Below are positions 1 to 6,749 of a DNA stretch of 29,880 nucleotides, piece by piece (position 1 is the stretch's first letter; each line of letters begins with the position of its first letter). This DNA comes from a virus. Taxonomy: Duplodnaviria; Caudoviricetes. The position numbers were made by a program, and so were the translations under genes. Where the stretch lies: the IMG/VR virus record IMGVR_UViG_3300002092_000140, positions 1 to 29,880 of that record; one strand, given 5' to 3'. The notes beneath the pieces were generated by a model. It made no database searches, was not told the DNA's origin, and saw nothing but the letters and a program-made list of their open reading frames with translations.

Positions 1-101
1 TCAAAAGTAAACTTAATATTACTGTACGGCATTTGTTCTGTATGGATAGATGATATAAATCCTACATACGTGTCATATCTCACTTCGGTGTATACAATCA
101 T
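1..101 (-). CDS. hypothetical protein, 3' truncated by window edge
   Basis: ATG at 101 overlaps the stop of the upstream gene (ATGA); frame MIVYTEVRYDTYVGFISSIHTEQMPYSNIKFTF is open to the edge. Confidence 0.6.
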   Translation of the reverse strand, partial: MIVYTEVRYDTYVGFISSIHTEQMPYSNIKFTF

Positions 102-322
102 GTATTCTTTTCCTTTTCAAATAACCTAATAACCATTTCTTTAAATAAAATTTCGTGTCCTAGTTTCATATAGGCATTAAATAAATGATTGTTATCTAAA
201 TCTTTTACCATTATTTTTTTGTGGTCTTTTGTTATCCAAAGCGTTTCTCTCAGTTCTTTTACGGATGACTTTGACCAATCACCTTCACCTACGTCATAGC
301 CCATATCTTCTGCATAGCTCAT
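98..322 (-). CDS. phage hypothetical protein
   Basis: 74-aa ORF with AAGGAG RBS and ATGA coupling at both ends; WITKD..I.VKDLDNNHL.N motif resembles small phage proteins. Confidence 0.75.
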   Translation of the reverse strand: MSYAEDMGYDVGEGDWSKSSVKELRETLWITKDHKKIMVKDLDNNHLFNAYMKLGHEILFKEMVIRLFEKEKNT

Positions 323-780
323 GTGTTCTTCTCCTTTAACTTAGCTTCAACGGCACGACCATAATCAACCAGTCCTAATATATGATTTAAATCGCATTGC
401 TGACTAAGATTAAAAAGCTCATCATCACTTAATCCTTGCCATGATGATGCAGGGTGGGTGTAGAGTGGTTCTGCACTTTGCTTAAAACATTCCCAAGGCT
501 CGCCTGTCATATAATGCCAGTCAGTATCTTCGGGTGACTCATCAAGCAATACACGCCACGCTACAGGTTCTTGTGCTGGCTGTTCTAAACCATCCACATG
601 AGTATCGCGCAAGTATTCATCATTAAGTTGTGCAACGCTTGGCTGTTCTAATGCTTCTTTACAGGCATTGATTGCTTCTTTCCTATGTTTTTCATTCCAT
701 GTTTTTATACCAACGTCAATGGTTAATGTTCCCATAAATTCAATCGCCATCTTTAATGCTTCTTGTGTTTGTATGTTCAT
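319..780 (-). CDS. mosaic accessory protein (EALKMAIE / [10 protein letters not shown] / PLYTHPA / WQGLS family), copy A
   Basis: ORF track; shares DNA boxes with 1556-1717, 1710-2345, 2335-2727 and 7938-8192; ATGA overlaps. Confidence 0.8.
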   Translation of the reverse strand: MNIQTQEALKMAIEFMGTLTIDVGIKTWNEKHRKEAINACKEALEQPSVAQLNDEYLRDTHVDGLEQPAQEPVAWRVLLDESPEDTDWHYMTGEPWECFKQSAEPLYTHPASSWQGLSDDELFNLSQQCDLNHILGLVDYGRAVEAKLKEKNT

Positions 781-1556
781 GCTTGCTCCTTACTTACTGC
801 GTGAGCCTTACACGCACCCAACAACCACTCACGATTAGCTTTCCAAAACTCACTTGCACGACTTTCCATATCAGAAATGGCTTCATCATCGAACGCTTCC
901 CACTCGGCATGAGTGTGACGTTGGCATCCAATTGTCATATAACCCTCAGTGATTAAAGTATCCCAAGTTAAATTTAAGATTGAGATTGGAGCTTTAGTTA
1001 GAATTTCACCGCGCAAGTTAGCACCGCGCAAGTTAGCACCGCGCAAGTTAGCATCGTAAAAGTTAGCATCGCTCAAGTCAGCACCGCGCAAGTCAGCACC
1101 GCGCAAGTTAGCATCGCGCAAGTCAGCATCGCGCAAGTTAGCATCGCTCAAGTAAGCACCGCGCAAGTTAGCATCGCGCAAGTCAGCATCGCGCAAGTTA
1201 GCATCGCTCAAGTTAGCTCCGCGCAAGTTAGCATCGCGCAAGTAAGCACCGCTCAAGTCAGCACCGCGCAAGTTAGCATCGCGCAAGTCAGCACCGCTCA
1301 AGTAAGCACCGCTCAAGTAAGCACCGCGCAAGTAAGCACCGCGCAAGTTAGCTCTGCTCAAGTCAGCACCGCTCAAGCAAGCGCCGCGCAAGTTAGCTCT
1401 GCTCAAGTCAGCACCGCTCAAGCAAGCGCCGCTCAAGTCAGAACCGCGCAAGTTAAAATTTTTACTTACCGCCTCAACCAAACATTCTTTAATGCTTTTA
1501 GCTTCACATTCAAATAAAATACTATCGTCATATCTACTTTTGATTTGTTGTAACAT
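777..1556 (-). CDS. pentapeptide repeat protein
   Basis: About 29 A(D/N/Y)L(R/S)(G/D) repeats between unique N- and C-terminal regions (IGCQRH..EW). Confidence 0.92.
   Translation of the reverse strand: MLQQIKSRYDDSILFECEAKSIKECLVEAVSKNFNLRGSDLSGACLSGADLSRANLRGACLSGADLSRANLRGAYLRGAYLSGAYLSGADLRDANLRGADLSGAYLRDANLRGANLSDANLRDADLRDANLRGAYLSDANLRDADLRDANLRGADLRGADLSDANFYDANLRGANLRGANLRGEILTKAPISILNLTWDTLITEGYMTIGCQRHTHAEWEAFDDEAISDMESRASEFWKANREWLLGACKAHAVSKEQA
1007..1454. repeat. 15-bp tandem repeat array encoding the pentapeptides
   Basis: Unit gcaccgcgcaagtta and variants; higher-order periods of 60 bp (1095-1153 = 1155-1213) and 45 bp (1339-1387 / 1384-1432). Confidence 0.95.
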
Positions 1557-1717
1557 TATTTTTGCTCCTTACTTATGCAATCTTTATCACCACATTTAAC
1601 ACGTCTTTCGCCATAGGCTGACCATTTGTGTTGTGCTGGCTGTTCTAATGCTTCCATAAGTCCTTCATTATACCCAAGTTGCTCAAATACAATTCTTAAT
1701 GCTTCTTCTCTAGTCAT
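1556..1717 (-). CDS. short mosaic accessory protein, copy B ([13 protein letters not shown]...)
   Basis: GAAAGGAG RBS before ATG at 1717; N-terminus nearly identical to 7938-8192. Confidence 0.7.
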   Translation of the reverse strand: MTREEALRIVFEQLGYNEGLMEALEQPAQHKWSAYGERRVKCGDKDCISKEQK

Positions 1718-1723
1718 CACAAC
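1631..1723. repeat. 93-bp dispersed direct repeat, copy 1 (copy 2 at 8106-8198)
   Basis: Aligned by eye: 3 mismatches (1644/8119, 1668/8143, 1712/8187). Confidence 0.93.
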
Positions 1724-2345
1724 TCCTTTCAAATTCTCTACCCGCTTCAAATCCTGTTTGGTATGCTAGTTCTTCACTATAAGATAATTTACCATTTGAT
1801 TGATAGCTTGACGGTGCAGGGTGGGTGTTCTTTCCCCATTGGCATAGCGTTTTTGCATAATCAATAATCTGCACCATTTCATTTCGTTGATGGCTGGTAA
1901 ATATTTCATCTTCACCGATGGTTGATTGTGCTAAATATGCACCTTTTTTGACGATGATTGAGTATAGATTATTCCAACCGCATGGATATGGACACGCCAC
2001 AGGTTCTTGTGCTGGTTGTTTGTCATCAGATTTGGCAAATTTACATTTTGATAATATTTTTTCTGACTCTTTAAGATTGTTTTCCCATATTTGCCTAGCC
2101 GCATTACAGTCACTAATCATTACAGGCTCTTGCGCTGGTTCAGCTTCCGAGGATTTCTCGGTAGTTGGTTGTTCTAGTGCTTCTTTTAGGCTATTGATTT
2201 TTTCTTTATAGGCTTTAACTTCTCCCTCTAAATCCCATTTGCCTTGGAAATAATCGCTTGCGTATGCCGCCCAACCTTGCAAATCATCAAGACATTCTTC
2301 AAGTGTTTCAATCGCCATCTTTAATGCTTCGTCTTTAGTAGCCAT
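1710..2345 (-). CDS. mosaic accessory protein, copy C
   Basis: [17 protein letters not shown], two PAQEPV boxes and a THPAPS box; overlaps both neighbours. Confidence 0.8.
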   Translation of the reverse strand: MATKDEALKMAIETLEECLDDLQGWAAYASDYFQGKWDLEGEVKAYKEKINSLKEALEQPTTEKSSEAEPAQEPVMISDCNAARQIWENNLKESEKILSKCKFAKSDDKQPAQEPVACPYPCGWNNLYSIIVKKGAYLAQSTIGEDEIFTSHQRNEMVQIIDYAKTLCQWGKNTHPAPSSYQSNGKLSYSEELAYQTGFEAGREFERSCDD

Positions 2346-2727
2346 TTTTATTCCTTAACTCTTTTTCAATAGCACGAGCAATCTCAACCTCTAAAATATC
2401 TGCACCACATCCTTCAAACTTTTCATAAACGCTTTTAATTACGTTTACTCGTTCTGTAATACTTAATCCTTGCCATGATGGTGCAGGGTGGGTGTAAAGT
2501 GATTGCTGTTTGTCTAGCCATTCTTGCACTTCACCACCTGACCACATCTTGCGAAGCATGGTTGGAAACTTTAACGCCATAGGTTCTTGTGCTGGCTGTT
2601 CTAATGCTTCTTTACAGGCATTGATTGCTTTAAATATTAGATTAGATAATCCGTCATATTCAGATTGAATTTCTGCGGTTTCCAACGCTTCAATCGCCAT
2701 CTTTAATGCTTCGTCTTTAGTAGTCAT
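2335..2727 (-). CDS. mosaic accessory protein, copy D
   Basis: GGAGG RBS before ATG at 2727; carries all four shared boxes. Confidence 0.82.
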   Translation of the reverse strand: MTTKDEALKMAIEALETAEIQSEYDGLSNLIFKAINACKEALEQPAQEPMALKFPTMLRKMWSGGEVQEWLDKQQSLYTHPAPSWQGLSITERVNVIKSVYEKFEGCGADILEVEIARAIEKELRNKNGY

Positions 2728-2751
2728 TGCATCCTCCATTGATTTATCAAT

Positions 2752-2780
2752 ACTCTACCATAAACTATATTGATTGTCTA
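2752..2780 (-). promoter_or_regulatory. sigma70-like promoter for the mosaic gene cluster
   Basis: TAGACA-17 nt-TAGAGT with TG extension, just upstream of the GGAGG RBS. Confidence 0.55.
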
Positions 2781-2815
2781 GGGATATTTACATATACATA
2801 TTTAACAGGCAGGGC

Positions 2816-2987
2816 AAGACACGAGTGGGTGAACTATCCTAACTTATGCCATTACCAAAGTAACTACATCAAACCAGAGGTTGCTTATTCAGTCTATCAG
2901 ACGCTCGTTCGTGAGCCACACGCTAAAACTTCACCCATTTGTCTGTTTTCCCTAATCCCTAAGCAAGGCTAGGCGGCACCGTGTCTT
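2816..2987 (-). ncRNA. candidate multi-helix structured RNA with pseudoknot, family unknown
   Basis: Nested helices 2977-2987/2816-2827, 2968-2973/2838-2843, 2960-2966/2881-2887, 2941-2945/2898-2902; hairpins 2903-2916 and 2846-2869; crossing pair 2930-2935/2828-2833; G-U pairs fit the minus strand. Confidence 0.55.
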
Positions 2988-3075
2988 TTAATCTAGTGTC
3001 ATCACTTTTATTGTCAGCCGCCGTGACATGGCGCATTGCTTGATTGATTGTCCGGACAGTAGAAGTAACAGGCGT

Positions 3076-3153
3076 AAAAAAACCGTTTGGCTTATGTACC
3101 CTGCCGCCCCACGACATATTCATTTAAGAATTAGATACATAAACCAAACGGTT
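3076..3153 (-). terminator. long-stem intrinsic terminator or attenuator
   Basis: 20-bp stem (3134-3153 with 3081-3100, two U-G pairs on the minus strand), 33-nt loop, ending in U7. Confidence 0.7.
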
Positions 3154-3198
3154 CTAAATTTTAGTTTTGTTTATTGACGTGGGGCATCAATGAGAAAC

Positions 3199-3227
3199 AA
3201 GATACTACTTATTTTTTATATAGTCAA
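3199..3227 (-). promoter_or_regulatory. sigma70-like promoter overlapping the VRR-NUC 3' end
   Basis: TTGACT-17 nt-TATCTT; predicted start near 3192. Confidence 0.6.
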
Positions 3228-3579
3228 GCACGATATTCCATGCGGTTTCATAATCATTTACAACATGACAATCCCATCCATAGGTTTGTAACTGGTGCAT
3301 CCATTCTATTTGATTGTCAGTCGGTTTACCCTTTGCGGATTTAAACTCTAAAGCTAGACCATAGTATTTGCCATTGGCATACGGAAACATGACATCTGGT
3401 ACGCCAGAGCGCATCCCTTCCGCTTTTAACATTGAAGCTAATGCCATACTACGCTTTGCCGCGTTAGGGACTGCAAACATGATTTTTAGCATCGGGTAAG
3501 TGCGTTCATGCAATGCCACAATTTTAAAAAAAGCGGATTGTATTTGATGTTCGCTGATAGTGACTTTACTTACTCGCAT
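3205..3579 (-). CDS. VRR-NUC domain nuclease (Holliday junction resolvase-like)
   Basis: SEH.IQ, FAVPN, EGMRSGVPD, LEFKS..GKP...Q..W motifs. Confidence 0.9.
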   Translation of the reverse strand: MRVSKVTISEHQIQSAFFKIVALHERTYPMLKIMFAVPNAAKRSMALASMLKAEGMRSGVPDVMFPYANGKYYGLALEFKSAKGKPTDNQIEWMHQLQTYGWDCHVVNDYETAWNIVLDYIKNK

Positions 3580-3910
3580 AATATTTCATGGCTTCTTTAG
3601 CAGTGCCGTGCGTACTGACCACTTGATTTTCAATCATCAATTGGTAAATGTATTGACCGTATTTCACCATTTTTCGAATAATCGCACCAGTTTGAATATG
3701 TTGTAACATATTTTCCCCAGTTTTCATCCAGACCCCTGCAATAATCATATTACCCTCCTTGTCCTCCACCTCCGTTGGAGGCTTAGGCACATCTTTTACT
3801 TCAATGAGTTTTAAAGTATCTACTTCATCCGCTTTTGGCGGTGTTCGACCTAAAGCCGCGTATATTTCATCGCGGTGCCTTAAGTAAGATATTTGGTTTT
3901 TTCTTAACAT
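3566..3910 (-). CDS. hypothetical protein, probably leaderless mRNA
   Basis: 114-aa ORF overlapping the VRR-NUC start; no RBS; -10 box ends 6 nt before the ATG. Confidence 0.72.
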   Translation of the reverse strand: MLRKNQISYLRHRDEIYAALGRTPPKADEVDTLKLIEVKDVPKPPTEVEDKEGNMIIAGVWMKTGENMLQHIQTGAIIRKMVKYGQYIYQLMIENQVVSTHGTAKEAMKYYASK

Positions 3911-3916
3911 GAGCGC

Positions 3917-3945
3917 ATATTAAATCAAGTAGTTATAAATGTAAA
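3917..3945 (-). promoter_or_regulatory. leftward sigma70-like promoter
   Basis: TTTACA-17 nt-TAATAT-gcgctc-ATG. Confidence 0.6.
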
Positions 3946-3951
3946 TACTGC

Positions 3952-3980
3952 TAGACAATAAATATTATTTAATGTATAGT
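3952..3980 (+). promoter_or_regulatory. rightward sigma70-like promoter
   Basis: TAGACA-17 nt-TATAGT, back to back with the leftward promoter. Confidence 0.62.
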
Positions 3981-4016
3981 TTACCTGTATTTTAATCAAA
4001 CGAAAGGGAACCTCGT

Positions 4017-4226
4017 ATGAAACTTACGCAAGAGCAAGTTATTTTAAATCATCTTAAATATGACCCCATTACCCCTCTGGAAGCATTAAATCTTTACGGT
4101 TGTATGCGTTTGGCGGCAGTTATTCACGCTTTACGTAACAAAGGGCATGGCATTACCATGTTTATGGTGATGGATGATAAAAACGGCAAGCATTACGCAC
4201 AATATTCATTGGAGCGTGATTTATGA
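4017..4226 (+). CDS. small helix-turn-helix protein (HTH_39-like)
   Basis: Q..IL.HL...PITPLEAL..YGC.RLAA.IH.LR..G pattern; GAAAGGG RBS. Confidence 0.85.
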   Translation: MKLTQEQVILNHLKYDPITPLEALNLYGCMRLAAVIHALRNKGHGITMFMVMDDKNGKHYAQYSLERDL

Positions 4227-4426
4227 TTATTCCATTATGCAAAGATTGTCGGTTTTACGATGAAAGTCGTAACGGCAAAGGCTATGACAAATGTTTATTT
4301 AATCCACAAACTGAACCAGTACGCGGTGAATTGATTATCCGCTATTGCGATATGGAACGTACGATGACCCATGATGACCATTGCGGCAAGTCAGCCGTCA
4401 ATTTTATTTCATTGAAAGGAAAATAA
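4223..4426 (+). CDS. small Cys-rich hypothetical protein
   Basis: CKDC...C...C...CG; ATGA overlap. Confidence 0.75.
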   Translation: MIIPLCKDCRFYDESRNGKGYDKCLFNPQTEPVRGELIIRYCDMERTMTHDDHCGKSAVNFISLKGK

Positions 4427-4427
4427 G

Positions 4428-5072
4428 ATGTTAATTAAAGATACCGGTGGCGGTGATTATGAATACCCAGAAGTCGGCACGTATATTGCCACTTGCCGTC
4501 AAATTATTGATTTAGGTACGCAGGAAAATGATTATCAAGGTGCAAAAACATATCCACATCAAATTTTGATGGGTTGGGAATTGAACGAAAATATGTCGGA
4601 TGGCAGACCGTTTGTGGTTTCAAAGTTTTACACGGCTTCACTTAATGAAAAAGCTAACTTCCGTAAAGATTTAATCTCATGGCGTGGTCGTGATTTTACG
4701 CAAGAGGAATTAGGCGGTTTTGACCCTCGTAAAATTTTAGGCGCGCCTTGTTTATTAACGCTTACCACCAATGAAAAAGGCAAGATTAAAGTTTCTACCG
4801 TTGCAAAAATTGTAAAAGGTATGGAACCACCACCTTTGGTTAATCCTAAAGTGTATTTTAGCCTGCAACATGGTGAATATGACCATCAACAATTTGAAGC
4901 CTTATCCGAAGGCATTAAAAAAATCATTATGCAGTCACCAGAATGGCAAGCCAGACAAGCGGAACTAGGCATGGCGCATCAACCAGCTGAAAGCGATGAA
5001 TTTGCACCGACTACGCAAGCGCCTTACGTACCGCCGACTGATGATGATTTTCCGGATGACATACCATTTTAA
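4428..5072 (+). CDS. putative single-stranded DNA-binding protein
   Basis: Acidic C-terminal tail ending DDIPF as in bacterial SSB; GTY.A.C..IIDLGTQ N-terminus; next to an exonuclease. Confidence 0.65.
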   Translation: MLIKDTGGGDYEYPEVGTYIATCRQIIDLGTQENDYQGAKTYPHQILMGWELNENMSDGRPFVVSKFYTASLNEKANFRKDLISWRGRDFTQEELGGFDPRKILGAPCLLTLTTNEKGKIKVSTVAKIVKGMEPPPLVNPKVYFSLQHGEYDHQQFEALSEGIKKIIMQSPEWQARQAELGMAHQPAESDEFAPTTQAPYVPPTDDDFPDDIPF

Positions 5073-5090
5073 TTAAAAGGGAAAAACAAA

Positions 5091-5924
5091 ATGCGCGTAA
5101 CAAATACACACGGATTGCCTTCCGTATTGGTCAAGGCTTGCGAAAATCAACGTAAACCTAAGCCAGATAGTCTATCTTGCACGGAGTTAATTGATAGCCC
5201 ACTTATTCACAGGCTTAAATTAGAGCATTGGGATAGTTTAGAAGTTGACGTATCCGAAATGGTTTGGGCAATGACTGGTACTGCATTGCATCAAATGGTG
5301 GAAAAGCACGGTGAAGGTACATCCGAGATTGCATTATCCACAGATTTTGAAGGCTATCGCATCACAGGCACGTGCGACCACCTTACGCCCGATTTAATTA
5401 GCGACTGGAAAACCACTAGCGTTTGGTCAGTGATGATTGGTAACGACTGGCTTAATAAAGTAGCGCAACAACTTAATATCTACCGTTATTTGCATTGGAA
5501 AATGTCTGGGCAAATGGTGCCGCGCCTTACCGCTTGCGTAATTTTCCGTGACTGGCGTAAATCTGAATATAAAAGAAGCCCAAATGACTATCCGTCACGT
5601 AATATCATGGAATACAACGTGGATTGCTGGACAATTGACCAAGCAGAAGCGTTTATTCGTGAGCGTTTAGCCTATCACAATGATGAAACTTACGTTTGCT
5701 CAATGGAGGAACGCTGGGCGAAGCAAAGTACGTGGGCGGTTAAGAAGCGCGGGGCGCAACGTGCTACGCGAGTATTTGAAAATGAGTTAATGGCGGTTGA
5801 ATTTGCCATGACAGATGCTAATTTTGAGATTGAAAGCAGACCCGGTGAGCATTTACGCTGTAATGAGTATTGCCCAGTCCGGAATGTATGCAGAATGAGA
5901 GTGCCAGATGACCGCCAAGATTGA
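5091..5924 (+). CDS. PD-(D/E)XK exonuclease, Cas4/RecB-like
   Basis: GTALH, ITGTCD, ISDWKTT, QQLNIY motifs; C-terminal RCNEYCPVRNVC cysteine cluster. Confidence 0.85.
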   Translation: MRVTNTHGLPSVLVKACENQRKPKPDSLSCTELIDSPLIHRLKLEHWDSLEVDVSEMVWAMTGTALHQMVEKHGEGTSEIALSTDFEGYRITGTCDHLTPDLISDWKTTSVWSVMIGNDWLNKVAQQLNIYRYLHWKMSGQMVPRLTACVIFRDWRKSEYKRSPNDYPSRNIMEYNVDCWTIDQAEAFIRERLAYHNDETYVCSMEERWAKQSTWAVKKRGAQRATRVFENELMAVEFAMTDANFEIESRPGEHLRCNEYCPVRNVCRMRVPDDRQD

Positions 5925-6366
5925 TTTAGCACCATATTTGCACGTATTAGAAAATGCTACGCAAAACTTCACCGATAATTTTTTGGTTATTGGTGAGGTT
6001 CTGGACAAGATTGTAAGTCAACGCCTTTATTTGCAATTAGAAGGCGTGACCACAATTGACCAATTTTTGAATTATCTTAATGTCAAACGTGCAAACGCTT
6101 ATCACGCTATGCGCGTATTCCGCGCGTATGGAAAATTCACGCTTAATAATATTTCCCATGACCGTCTTGTGCGCTTGCTCTCATTGCGGTTGCAAGATGA
6201 AGAGAAATCGGAATGGATAGCGGCGGCGCGTGAAATGCCAGCATCACAATTTAATGATAAATTAAGGGCGGCGCGTGGCTTGCCAGCAAAAAAAGAGTGC
6301 CAACATCACGAAACCGTCACTAAAATTATATGCAAGTGTTGCGGAAAGGTTTTAAGAGTTGCATAG
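5908..6366 (+). CDS. hypothetical helical protein with C-terminal zinc-ribbon-like motif
   Basis: 152-aa ORF overlapping the nuclease end; CQH...CKCCGK. Confidence 0.72.
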   Translation: MTAKIDLAPYLHVLENATQNFTDNFLVIGEVLDKIVSQRLYLQLEGVTTIDQFLNYLNVKRANAYHAMRVFRAYGKFTLNNISHDRLVRLLSLRLQDEEKSEWIAAAREMPASQFNDKLRAARGLPAKKECQHHETVTKIICKCCGKVLRVA

Positions 6367-6467
6367 CGCCGCCAGATAGCGCTTTTATATTGTGTATTAT
6401 AGCGATACATAGGCAATAAAAGAAAAGCGCTTATAAGGCGTTAAAATAAGCTTCTGGAATGATAGCC

Positions 6468-6491
6468 AAAAAAAACCGCCCAAAAGGGCGG
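6468..6491 (-). terminator. intrinsic terminator of the leftward early operon
   Basis: CCGCCC-UUUU-GGGCGG followed by U8 on the minus strand. Confidence 0.88.
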
Positions 6492-6511
6492 CTAAGTGTA
6501 GCAAGGTTTAT

Positions 6512-6574
6512 TTATAATAAATCTAAAAGCAAAATTAAGATTAAAGCGCCAGCGATTGAAAATAAGAGCGCCAT
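6512..6574 (-). CDS. 20-aa hydrophobic peptide MALLFSIAGALILILLLDLL
   Basis: Translated by hand; GAGG RBS, 2 nt after the upstream stop, ends before the terminator. Confidence 0.5.
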   Translation of the reverse strand: MALLFSIAGALILILLLDLL

Positions 6575-6576
6575 AA

Positions 6577-6747
6577 TTAAGCCTCTATCTGAATATTTAA
6601 ACTTTCATCCCAATCGCTATCTAATTCAAAATCCATTACCCAAGATAAAAATTCCTCCTCTAAATTTTCAAAGTTATTTAAAAAATTTAAATCATTTTTT
6701 AATTGTTGGTTAAAATCCAAAAATAATCTGTGCAGTTCATAACTCAT
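6577..6747 (-). CDS. 56-aa highly acidic protein
   Basis: Translated by hand: MSYELHRLFLDFNQQLKNDLNFLNNFENLEEEFLSWVMDFELDSDWDESLNIQIEA; fills the operon gap exactly. Confidence 0.7.
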   Translation of the reverse strand: MSYELHRLFLDFNQQLKNDLNFLNNFENLEEEFLSWVMDFELDSDWDESLNIQIEA

Positions 6748-6749
6748 AA

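Noticed and set aside
1007-1454. Regular repeat array resembling CRISPR
   Set aside because: 15-bp units abut with no unique spacers and encode in-frame pentapeptides.
1631-1723. DGR template/variable repeat pair with 8106-8198
   Set aside because: Only 3 mismatches, one not at a coding-strand adenine; both copies are at gene 5' ends; no reverse transcriptase in the window.
2828-2966. Group I intron (GACUG...UAGUU resembles P7, with an adjacent P3-like helix)
   Set aside because: No convincing P4-P6 core, the G-binding G-C pair would be G-U, and no interrupted gene; kept only as an unknown structured RNA.
2727-2972. 81-aa plus-strand ORF
   Set aside because: Non-ATG start, no RBS, antisense to the local transcription direction and overlapping the RNA structure.
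5091-5924. cas4 as part of a CRISPR-Cas locus
   Set aside because: No cas1, cas2 or array; stand-alone Cas4-like nucleases are common in phage recombination modules.
6459-6713. 84-aa plus-strand ORF
   Set aside because: It is the antisense shadow of two coupled minus-strand genes and runs through their terminator.
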